From: Pavona decussata
Taxonomy: Eukaryota
Length of the DNA stretch: 64,000 nucleotides
Assembly: GCA_977016875.1 (NCBI GenBank)
Contig: CDRNST010000013.1
Location: forward strand, 1,860,001 to 1,924,000
Reading direction: 5' to 3'
Shown piece after piece: positions 27,542 to 39,500 of this stretch. Under the pieces are notes generated by a model. It had not been told where the DNA came from. It saw only the letters and a program-made list of their open reading frames with translations, and did no database searches. The first letter of the stretch is position 1. Every line of letters starts with the position of its first letter. A program made the position numbers and the translations under genes.

Positions 27542-30500
27542 CTCGCGGATCGGTCATTAAGTCTTGGTCGTTTTGTCAATCTTAGTTCAGATTTTTCAGC
27601 TCACTTCAAAACTTAAAAGCATTTCTTTCAAAGAAGAACATCCTTCAACTTGAAAGAACAAAATACACGGCGCACAAGATCGCCTCAAGAAACCGGTTTT
27701 TGTTGCAACTGTTACTGTCTTTTCTTCGAGAGGTACAAGAACAGAAGAATAGCTTTCCAATTCAAACTTCCGGCAAAGTGTTCAATCTTTACATATATTT
27801 TGCATAACTAGAATTCGTCAGGGAGAAGATAATCTTCAATTGTCCAAGCTTAAACTGATTTCAATCTGCTAAAGAACCTTAAATGCAACTGTTGTTAGGT
27901 TTACAAGTGCGTTTTTCAATAAAAATGTATTTGGGGGCGTTCCAAAGCTGGAAACTAAGAAAAGTCAATTTGTCTTCTTTGTTCACCTGTTTGGTGGTGA
28001 CGTCATAGGGCAAGGGCACGCCTTACAGTCTGAAGATTTCCCAATCGTGGCGTTTCCATAGAAACCGGTCAGACACTTCTCGCATCGTAAACCTTCAGTA
28101 TTGTGTTTACAATTCTGATGAAACAAACGGAAAAGAAAAAAGAAATCAGTCTATTGACGAGACCTAACTTTTAAAGAACGAGGAAGAAAATGTTATAATG
28201 AGCGTAACCACTGACCTTGCATCTTCCAGTCTTAGGATCACAGCCAAAATCTGAATGGCCGTGACATTCACACTTGATACACGCGCCAACACGTGACCGA
28301 TAGTAACCCTGTTTGCATGACTGCCAAGACAAAGAGATTGAATTATTGACAGAATAGGTTTTTAGGCATCCGGCGACCAGAACCGTGGTGGGTGGGAGAA
28401 GTGAAAAGTTTGTAAGATTTCTAAACGGAATTCTTTTCGATGGGCTCACATGGTCATTTACCATTCGGGCTGTCTAATCATACTTCTTCTCAAAATTGTT
28501 GTCTTCTGATAAACACTGATTGGTTGGAACACACATCTCCGTGTGGACATATTCAGTTTTCTTTTCACAAGAATATAATGGTACAGTCTCAGCCGTTGTG
28601 TGCATGAGGAAATGATCCCGCGCTATTCCCGGAACTAAGATAGCAGCAGCAATCGAGACTTACTTAAAAATTTCTTGTTTTCGATTACGATATTCCGCCA
28701 ATTAAAACTGCACTCAGCTTCGTGCTAGGGGTTTAATTTACATAAAGAAATTCAGTGTGGCTTGGGACGGTTCAACGGTTAAGTTAAAAGGTAATGGGGC
28801 CAATTACAAAAAGTGTAGATTGTTTTCAGCAAATCCAGATATTACTAGGAAGCGCTTTTGGAAACTTGTATCAGTTAAAGGACCAGACACTCGCGTGCAC
28901 GAAATTTCACCACTCCCCAAGAACTTAAGAATTCGTTTACAATTAGGAATAGACACGCTGAAATTGTGTAACGAAAAGCTACCGTTTGTATGTTTATTGA
29001 TAGTTACCTCGCAAGACAAACCGCTGTGTCCATCTGGGCAGTTACACCGTTCAACTAACAAAGTCTTTCCAAACCCTGCGTCTTTCTCACTAGTCACATC
29101 AAGGGAGAGGTCTTTGATGCTTTATAATCAAAAAAGGAATTTAGTCATGTTCCTAAGAATACCGGGCTACAATTTTATAAACACCGAGGCCCTGTTCACT
29201 TAGGGTGCGGAATAGGAATACATACAATGATGGCAAGAAACCGCTCATAAGAAATTGTACGATTTATTGGAGTACAAAATCGCTATTAAATTATCATGCG
29301 TAAGTCAAAGTTTGCACAAAGAGCCATCCCGCTTATTCTTAATCCGGAATACGATCAATCGACTCAAAGTGGTATTTTTACTAGATAAAGGAAACATTCA
29401 AATTTCAAACTGTCATATCATTTCTGGGTCTAAATTCCTCTCAGCCATAACATTTGTGCAGAACTGAGGCATAAGAAGCAAGAGAGAGTCTACTACGGTC
29501 CATTTGATTATAACTGAAATCGTACCTCATTGACTTAGGACCTGATTCATCGCCACTGTACGGGACCCTTACATAGATGGCCTGAACGTCCGATAACACC
29601 CTCATGAAAGTGTCCCTGGAAGTTCGTGCTCCATCGGCTAAACGCCATTTTGCCTAAGGGATAATAAAAACCACAAAAAAAGTCACTACATTTTGGCTTT
29701 CAAAAGGGTTTGGTTTAGGCTGTAGAAAGGAACTGCCTCATATTTTTATAAATCAGACCGATTTTCGTCTCCTCACTCATTTTCTTTGTCAAATTGGGCC
29801 ATATCGGCCCGATTAATCGTAAGGGTAAATTAACCTTCAACTTTTCAGAATCAAAAATCCATTTCTAGTACACAAATTTTCGATTCCAACAAGGAATCAT
29901 TTTAGGTCAATGGTTTTTCCTTCGAGCCGGCAGATACGAGCTTCCAATGACAGCCTTACCTGTCACATGACTTTCAAACTCCGTCTCTTGAAAAAGATTC
30001 GGTGCGTGATGGAATCGAAAGACTGTGAACTACACTGAAGGGGCAACTCAATTCGAATTTGATCAACATAACAGGATCAAGTGATTAAATCTCTACCCGT
30101 AAATTTCAATTTCTCAGGATCCCACCGGTGCAAAAGAAAAAAAGAGAGAAAAATTTTTATTAGCTTGGAGAACTATTGACAAACTGGTTGGTCCACACTA
30201 TAAGTAAATAGGACGTAAAATCATGTAATGGAAAATTCTCGATCGGCTTTCATTTAACGCAATTTACTTCGATAAGGTTACTGTGAACCTTCAAGGACGC
30301 CTTTCGAAAAATCTTTCCAACGCGATTTATTTTGAAAAGAATCCTAAAAACGCCTAAAATTGACAGCGTCTGTGAAACTGAATAAACAGCTCTTGCGTTA
30401 ATGCTTACATAAACAAACTGGGCCATAGCGTTTACTCAGGGGATAAAAGGCAGGAGATAATAGAATGCTTTCCATAAGAAACTGAGTAAAACGTGATATA

Positions 30501-33500
30501 TTGAAATCCGTGTTTCTCACTGCTGGGAACTAGGTCATTTTTAAATTTGAACATTAAAGTACCGATGTTCTAAAGTCTTCTTTGATAAAGACTCGGCAAG
30601 CGGGCTCTACTTGATTACAGTAAGTTTCTCTTCTCGCTTTAAATACTGCCCCAAGAGCTCGTTCTTGAATTCGTTAAAGTTTTCGCATGTCAGATGATTT
30701 GCAAAAGTGCCACACAGTATCACAATAGGTTAAGTGAGGTGGGTAGGATGACGGATTGCTTTGTTTTTACTATTCAACGCATTTACCACTGTTCAAATAT
30801 GCTCATTTTTCATTCAATATTCGTTGTCTGTGTACAACAGATACTCTGGGATATACGAAATTTCGTGTGTCATGGAGAAGAACGTAACCAATTAAGACCT
30901 TCTCCAGCTTTCTGCAAAAAACTGTGCTGTGTTATCAATAGGTTGAATAATAAGACAGTTATCCATTTCAATCTTGCGGAATATCGCCTGATTTTAGCCA
31001 ACCTCGTCCGCTGAGTATCAGGCGATATTCGGTGCGATTTCGCAGGATAATTGTTAAATGATGGCCAAAACGCAGACTGGCTGTTGTACAAACCTCAGTG
31101 AGAATGATCTCCATTGTTGTGTAAGAATTCCCACTGCTCGGCTGCGCTTCGTGATGATAAACCAAAGTGGCGTCTTTCCCCTAAGTGGCAAACTTTGTTA
31201 ATATAAGTGGGATGGAAGGCGAAATGGCTTTTTAAAACTCTTTAAGTCCTAATATGGATGTGGATATGGACATGGATGTTCTTCTCACTGTTTTCCTTAT
31301 GTATTGTCTGCTATGAGTAGCGAGAGTTTGTTGAAATATCAACTCTTTTTATCTTTGATGTTCATTTGCTTTATTCTGAGTTCAAAGAGTTTGCGTTTTT
31401 GAGATTGAGTGACTAGAACAAACCTTCAAGAATTAAAAGGTGAATTTGGTAACACATACCACCAGTCGAACGGCCTCTGTAACTTGACTCGTCGGAGTGA
31501 ATGGTGGCTCTGTGACTTGAGCTGATATTGGCGTTGTTAGGTCTAAAAACGGAACAAAGGAAAAATATGTGAAGTCCTATTCTAGTAATCACGTTCTATA
31601 GTTACCGCAGGTTTAATGTATTGCTCAGTTTACCAAAATATGAATTTTGTCAGAAGAATAAAGCTGGAAGGTTGACATTTTTTAAGTTCCCCCTTACAAT
31701 ACTTTTTCCGAGGTTAGGATCCTCCACTAATATATTTTTTGTCTTTCTGTGTTTTTAATTTCGATAAACAGAAAGGGACTAACGCAGTTATAGGGAAAGT
31801 GTTGATAGCAAAATATGCACAAGTTCACGGTAAAAAATATAAACATAACATAAAACAATGAATTTTTATATACTATTGAAATTTACTTCTCAGTGTTCTT
31901 TAGGCTCAGACATAGTATAAAGGATTAGTTTTTTGTAAACAGTACAGTCCGTAAAGAGCGACTGCTTACAAAAAACATTGACGCTAACCTGACGTGGGAG
32001 TTATTGCTTTCAAAGTTGAAGCTGAAGAAGATTTAACAGTGGTAGTTTCATCTTCAACGAAGGTTGTCGCATCTGTAGCTTTGGAAGATGAAACTACTGA
32101 CGCTGTTGTTGCTGGTGTGTCAGTGCTGAAGGATAGAACAAGCGCAGCGATAGTTCTTTCATCTTGGCTTTCTGTCTTTGAATCCGTTGCTGTGGATGGT
32201 ATCTCTGGTATTGCTGTGGATTTCTCCGTTGTTTGTCTGTCAGTACTGTAAACTGAAGAGGACATAACAGTGGTTGATTCTTTGGGTAAAACATCTGTCA
32301 GAACTGAAGGCGTAAACGGCGTTGTTGTAGTGGTCGTTTCATCACGAGAAAGGGTTGTAGCTTCCGTCACCTCTACTGTTATCGTTGTCACTGTTTCCGA
32401 AGTAACTTTTTGAATATCGTCGGGTGACGGAGACATAAAAGTGGTTGTTATATCTTCAGTGGTAGTCGATGTCTCCGTAACTGGCGTTGCAGATGTTTCC
32501 GTAGCTGGTCTTCCAGTACTGTATACTGTGGAGGGTACAACTGTGGTTTTTTGAACTTGATCCTTAGTCGACAAATCTGCTACTAAGGAAGGCGTTTCAG
32601 GTATTGCTGTTGTTTCAACTTTTGCCTCAGTCGACACATCTGCAATGGAAGGCGTTTCAGGTATTGCTCTAGTTTGAACTTGTTCCTCAGTTGACACATC
32701 TCCAGCTGCGGAAGATGTTTCTGGTGCTGCTGTAGTTTGAACATGTTCCTCAGTCGACACATCCGCTGCTGTAGAAGGCGTTTCAGGTACTGCTGTTGTT
32801 TCAAGATGTTCCCCAGTCAACACATCCGCTGTTATGGAAGATGTCTCTGGTGTTGCTGTTGTTTGAACTTGTTCCTCAGTCAACACATCCACTGCTGTGG
32901 AAGATGTTTCTGGAGCTGCCGTTGTTTTAATTTGTTCCTTAGTCGACACATCCGCTGCTGTAGAAGATATTTCTGGTATTGCTGTTGTTTGAACTTGTTC
33001 CTCAGTCAACACATTCTCACCTGTGGAAGATGTTACTGGTGTTGCTGTTGTTTCAACTTGTTCAACTTGTTCCTCAGTTGACACATCCACTACTGTAAAA
33101 GATGTTTCTGGTGCTGCTGTTGTGTGAACTTGTTCCTCAGTCAACACATCCGCTGCTGTGGAAGGCGTTTCAGGTAGTGCTGTAGTTTCAACTTGCTCCT
33201 CAGTCAACACATCCGCTGCTGTGGAAGATAGTTCTGCTGCTGGAGTAGTTTGAACTTGTTCCTCAGTCGACACATCCGCTGCTGTGGAAGATGTTTCTAG
33301 TGCTGCTGTCGTTTCAATTTGTTCCACAGTAGCCACCTCCCCAGCTGTGAAAGGCGTTTCAAGTACTGCTGTAGTTTGCGCTTGTTCCTCAGTCGACACA
33401 TCTGCTGCTGTGGAAGATGTTTCGGGTGTTGTTGTTGTTGTTTCAACTTGTTCTTCAGTCGACACATCCACTGCTGTGGAAGATGTTTCTGGTGGTGCTC

Positions 33501-36500
33501 TTGTTTGAACTTGTTCCTCAGTCGACACATCCGCTGGTGTGGAAGGCGTTTCAGGTGCTTCTGTTGTATCAAGTTGTTCCTTAGTCAACACATCCGCTGC
33601 TGTGGAAGATGTTTCTGGTGTTGCTGTTGTTTCAATTTGATTCTCAGCAGACACATCCCCAGCTGTGGAAGACGTTTCCGGTATTGCTGTTGTTTGAACG
33701 TGTTCCTCAGTCGACACATCCACTGCTGTGGAAGATGTTTCAGGTGTTGCTGTTGTTTCAAATTGTTCCTTAGTAGGGACATCGGCTGCTGTGGAAGACG
33801 TTTCTGGTGCTGCTGTTGTTTGAACTTGTTCCTCAATCGACACATCCGCTGCTGTGGAAGATGTCTCTAGTGCTGCTGTTTTTTCAGTTTGTTCCACAGT
33901 AGACACACCCGCAGCTGTGGGAGATGTTTCAGGTATTGCTGTTGTTTCATGTTGTTCTTCAGTCGACACATCTACTGCTGTGGAAGATGTTTCTGGTGTT
34001 GCTGTTGTTTCAATTTGTTTCTCAGTAGACACATCCCCAGCTGTGGACGACGTTTCAGGTATTGCTGTTGTTTGAACGTGTTCCTCAGTCGAGACATCCG
34101 CTGCTGTGGAAGGTGTTTCTGGTGTTGATGTTCTTTCAATTTGTTTCTCAGCAGACACATCCCCAGCTGTGGAAGACGTTTTTTCTGGTATTGCTGTTGT
34201 TTCATCTTGTTCTTCAGTCGACACATCCACTGCTGTGGAAGATGTTTCAGGTGTTGCTGTTGTTTCAAATTGTTCCTTAGTAGGGACATCGGCTGCTGTG
34301 AAAGACGTTTCTGGTGCTGCTGTTGTTTGAAATTGTTCCACAGTCGACACATCCGCTGCTGTGGAAGATGTTTCTGGTGCTGCTGTTTTTTCAGTTTGTT
34401 CCACAGTAGACACACCTGCAGCTGTGGGAGATGTTTCAGGTATTGCTGTTGTTTCATGTTGTTCTTCAGTCGACACATCCACTGTTGTGGAAGATGTTTC
34501 AGGCGTTGCTGATGTTTTAAATTGTTCCTTAGTAGAGACATCCGCTGCTGTGGAAGATATTTCTGCTGCTGCTGCTGTAGCTTGAACTTGTTCCTCAGTC
34601 GACACAGCCGCTGCTGTGGAAGATGTTTCTCTTGCTGCTGTTTTTTCAGTTTGTTCCACAGTAGACACCTCCCCAGCTGTGGAAGGCGTTTCAGGTACTG
34701 CTGTAGTTTGCGCTTGTTCCTCAGTTGACACATCCGCTGCTGTGGAAGATGTTTCTGGTGTTGTTGTTGTTGTTGTTTGAACATGTTCTTCAGTCGACAC
34801 ATCCCCAGCTGTGGAAGTCGTTTCAGGTATTGCTGTTGTTTCATCTTGTTCTTCAGTCGACACATCCACTGTTGTGGAAGATGTTACAGGTGTTGCTGTT
34901 GTTTCAATTTGTTCCTCAGGAGACACATCCGCTGCTGTGGAAGACGATTCTGGTGCTGCTGTTGTTTGAACTTGTTCCTCAGTCGACACACCCGCAGCTG
35001 TGGAAGATGTTTGAGGTATTGCTGTTGTTTCATCTTGGTCCTCAGTCGACACATCCGCTGCTGTGGAAGATGTTTCAGGTGTTGCTGTTGTTTCAACTTT
35101 TTCCTTAGTAGAGACATCCGCTGCTGGAGAAGTTGTTTCTGGTACTGCTGTTGTTTGAACTTGTTCCTCAGTCGGCACATCCACTGTTGTGGGAGATGTT
35201 GCCAGTGCTGCTGTTCTTTCAGCTTTCTCAGTCGACACATCCGCTACTGAGGAAGATGCTTTTGGTGCTTTTGTTGTTTGAACTTTTTCTTCAGTCGACA
35301 CATCCGCAACTGTGGAAGATGTTTTTGGTGTTGCTGTTGTTTTAATTTGTTCCTCAGTCGACACACCCGCTGGTGTGGAAGATGTTTCTGGTGTTGCTGT
35401 TGTTTTAATCTGTTCCTCAGTCCACACACCCGCTGGTGTGGAAGATGTTTCTGGTGTTGCTATTGTTTTAATTTGTTCCTCAGTCGACACATCCGCTGCT
35501 GTGGAAGATGTTTCAGGTATTGCTGTTGTTTCAACTTTTTCCTTAGTAGAGACATCCGTTGCTGGGGAAGTTGTTTCTGGTACTGCTGTTGTTTGAACTT
35601 GTTCCTCAGTCAACACATCCACTGTTGTGGGAGATGTTGCCGGTGCTGCTGTTGTTTCAGCTTTCTCAGTCGACACATCCGCTACTGAGGAAGATGCTTT
35701 TGGTGCTTTTGTTGTTTGAACTTGTTTTTCAGTCGACACATCCGCAGCTGTGGAAGATGTTTCTAGTGCTGCTGTTTTTTCAGTTTGTTCCACAGTAGAC
35801 ACCTCCCCAGCTGTGGAAGGCATTTCAGGTACTGCTGTAGTTTGCGCTTGTTCCTCAGTCGACACATCCGCTGCTGTGGAAGATGTTTCGGGTGTTGTTG
35901 TTGTTGTTTGAACTTGTTCTTCAGTCGACACATCCCCAGCTGTGAAAGTCGTTTCAGGTATTACTGTTGTTTCATCTTGTTCTTCAGTCGACACATCCAC
36001 TGTTGTGGAATATGTTTCAGGTATTGCTGTTGTTTCATCTTGTTCTTCAGTCGACACATCCATTGTTGTGGAAGATGTTTCAGGTGTTGCTGTTTTTTCA
36101 AATTGTTCCTTAGTAGAGACATCCGCTGCTGTGGAAGATGTTTCTGGTAACGCTGATGTTTCAATTTGTTCCTCCGTAGACACATCCCCAGCTGTGGAAG
36201 TCGTTTCAGGTATTGCTGTTGTTTCATCTTGTTCTTCAGTCGACACATCTACTGTTGTGGAAGATGTTACAGGTGTTGCTGTTGTTTCAATTTGTTTTTC
36301 AGTAGACACATCCCCAGCTGTGGAAAACGTTTTAGGTATTGCTGTTGTTTCATCTTGTTCTTCAGTCGACACATCCACTGTTGTGGAAGATGTTTCAGGT
36401 GTTGCTGTTGTTTCAAAATTTTCCTTAGTAGAGACATCTCTAGCTGTGGAAGTCGTTTCAGGTATTACTTTTGTTTTATTTTGTTCTTCAGTCGATACAT

Positions 36501-39500
36501 CCGCTGGTGCGGAAGATGTTTCTGGTGTTGCTGTTGTTTTAATTTGTTCCTCAGTCGACACACCCGCTGCTGTGGAAGATGTTTCTGGTGTTACTGTTGT
36601 TTTAAATTGTTGCTCAGTCGACACATCCGCTGGTGTGGAAGATGTTTCAGGTAGTGCTGTTGTTTTAACTTGTTGCTCAGTCGACACATCCGCAGCTGGG
36701 GAAGGGATTTCAGGTGTTTCTGTTGTTTCAAGTTGTTCCTCAGTTGAAACATCCACTGCTGTGGCAGATGGTTCTGATGGTGCTGTTGTGTAGACTGAGG
36801 TTGGCGAAAAGGTGGTTGTTTGATCTTGTTCCCCAGTCACCAAAGCCTCCATTTTTGTGATTGTAGCATCTGGTGTAACTGTCAGTGTTTTGAAGGTAGC
36901 TTTTTCAAACCTGTAAGGTGAAAGAGTCTCTGCGGTGGTTTTAGTCTTTTTTTCAATGACACTGATTGTTGTCAATGGAGTAGTTTCATTTGGATCTATG
37001 GTAGTCAGTCCAGATCCATCATTTGCCTGCTCGTCATCGTTACTATCAATGAAGTAGTCTGTTTCAAAGCCCCTAGACAATAAAATATCTCTTGGCACTC
37101 GAGCATGTCTTGATTCATTTCCTGGATCATTTTCCGTCAATGCATCTCCATCAGAGTACTTGATGGAGTAACGAAGTTTTCCACCATAACTGGTTAGCTA
37201 CGAAGAGCAAAAGAAACAAAAAAATAAGTTTAAACGCGTTGCGTAGTTTATTTATAGTGATAGTTAAGACAGATTTTCTCTCATCATATACAAACACTTT
37301 CTCCTAAGATCAGAACCATATGTTTTTGTACGAGTTAATCAAAGGCTAAAAGCTTCCAAGCTTGTAAATAACGCTTCTGCAGACAGCATGCACGCATTAT
37401 TTGGCTATGTCTACGCTATATCTTTGGCCAGCACAGCTCTTTACGCTACGCCTGCTAATGAACTTAGCGGTTCACATTACGCTTGGCATGGCATCTGATA
37501 AACACGAAAAAAGTGTTATACTTGCTAAATGATGCAGTAGTTCCCTGGTAGCAGAGTCCCTTCTTCATTAATTTTATCCCGGTCAAAAATAACACAAAAG
37601 GAATACCACACTGGGGACGTGACGCAACGTTCGGGCATAAATATCGTAAATAAATTCACAGTTTCTTCTGCACTTGAGACTATAAAAAAAATCCGCAATG
37701 TCTCTGGAACAGAAAAGTTAAAACTACTTGCACCCAGATCTCTAAAACGTATTCAAACAGGTCATCAAAAAATCGAATATTACAAACTGTTGATTATCTT
37801 GCAATCTCCCCATTCATTAATAAGCTAAATTTGCTCAGCTACCTATTAAGCATATTTTATTAATTTAAATTTATATATTAAACTCCTGTTCGCTTGTGCA
37901 CGCTGTCAACTATTACTTTAATAGGTGCTGCTGCATAAAATGTAATCGTGTTCTCTCTCTCTTTTTATTGATGTTTGACTCTCCCCCCCCCGCCTCGACA
38001 AGTCCTCTTCCAGTTGAAGGTACCCGTATTTTACCTTTGGAAATATCAATAAATGTCTTGTTGTTTGTCCTACCCAACAAAGTTTTCATAACTATTGCTA
38101 AGCAAGAGATCCTTGTACTTGCCTTTTTTCCTAAAAACCCCTTCGGTAGAGCAAAGTAAAGCGGTGTTTCTTTAGACACGTTGTGAGCCACTAACTCATT
38201 GTTCGTTTGGTCAACAGCGTATTTAACTCCAGAGACTTTATCTCCACTGACATCTACTAAGTACACGACTGGATCATGGGGCGACGTTTTGAGCTCTAGT
38301 TTGAGCTGTGATAAATATGTAATTAAGAAAGAAAAAGATATGTTAGATTAAAGATACCAAAGCTAAAAAAGACCTGAGTGGTGTAATAAATGGATAATGG
38401 CCAAAGAGGAGTCCCTTCTCCAGGTTGTACCTTACAATACGACGATGGAATATTAAAGGTTGGCTACCTAAGATTGGCATTATTAAAATTTCATATACGT
38501 TGCCGATAAGGGACACTAGTTCCAAACAAGTGGCAAGAAAGTCTGCATCTACTCCTTCCACATCCTTAAACCGAGAAAGAAGGTTGACCTTTCGTTTACC
38601 ACACAAGGAATATTTGGGTTAAAAGAACCAGAAAAAATCTACGTCTTGCTTCTGACATTTATTTTGAATATAGCTTTGGAAAATCTCCTGCGCGATATTT
38701 TGATACCAGCTTGAACTAAGTAAAACAAAGTTAAGGAATTCGGACCAAGTCAAATATAATTTGTAAAACTGTTGTTCAATGACATCGAATAAGTAAAGTT
38801 ATAATCGAACTTCACCGATCGCGCATGCGTTCAAATTACACAATGTTCTCCACTCACCCTGTCTCGGTACACGTTGGCATGACTGCAATTGTGTGAACGC
38901 CCCGTGCAAAAACACGACACACACTTCCCATGAGAGGCAGAAGTTTGCTCTCCTGGACCACAGAATCCATCTTAAAAGAGAAGGAAACTTTTGATTATGG
39001 ACTTGGCAATGAAGGCCTCGTTGTGTCTTTTGAAAACAAAAATACGTTTTACGTTTTGTCCACAAATGAGACACCGATTACGTATTGATTAAGTTTTGTG
39101 TCTGGCCGCCAGTGCGCCTCTCCGGTATCAACAAAGCGAACGTTTTCTAATCATTTGTACCAAGCATAGTTTGAACAGTTAACCAAATTGAACAGCTTGC
39201 TGTATATAAAGTCCCTTATGGATTTACCTTCGCTAGAAAGCCATTTAGTATACATTATTTAGATTCGATGTATATAAAGTCCCTTATGGATTTACCTTCG
39301 CTAGAAAGCCATTTAGTATATATTATTTAGATTAGATGTGGTGTGAACATAGCTTAAGTTTTAAACTGATGAGACAGAAAATGAACTCGTAACGTAGCAT
39401 GACTTACCACATCCAATCTCATCGCTCCAGTCTCCACAGTCATTTTCTCCGTCACAGCGCCATTCCTGTCTTGCACACGTCCCATTCTTGCAACGAAATC

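Noticed and set aside
32560-36770. Regularly spaced repeats resembling a CRISPR array
   Set aside because: Whole units are homologous, there are no unique spacers or cas genes, and the array is in-frame eukaryotic coding sequence.
32583-36793. Many Cys-rich (RHIRCCGRC), Gln-rich and Val/Ser-rich ORFs
   Set aside because: They are alternative-frame and antisense shadows of the coding minisatellite; only the T/S/E frame is uninterrupted and joins the flanking exons.
31984-37140. Stand-alone 1718-aa mucin gene as given by the ORF track
   Set aside because: It starts at TTG, has no signal peptide, extends upstream to a splice acceptor carrying an L4 motif, and has a donor just before the stop.
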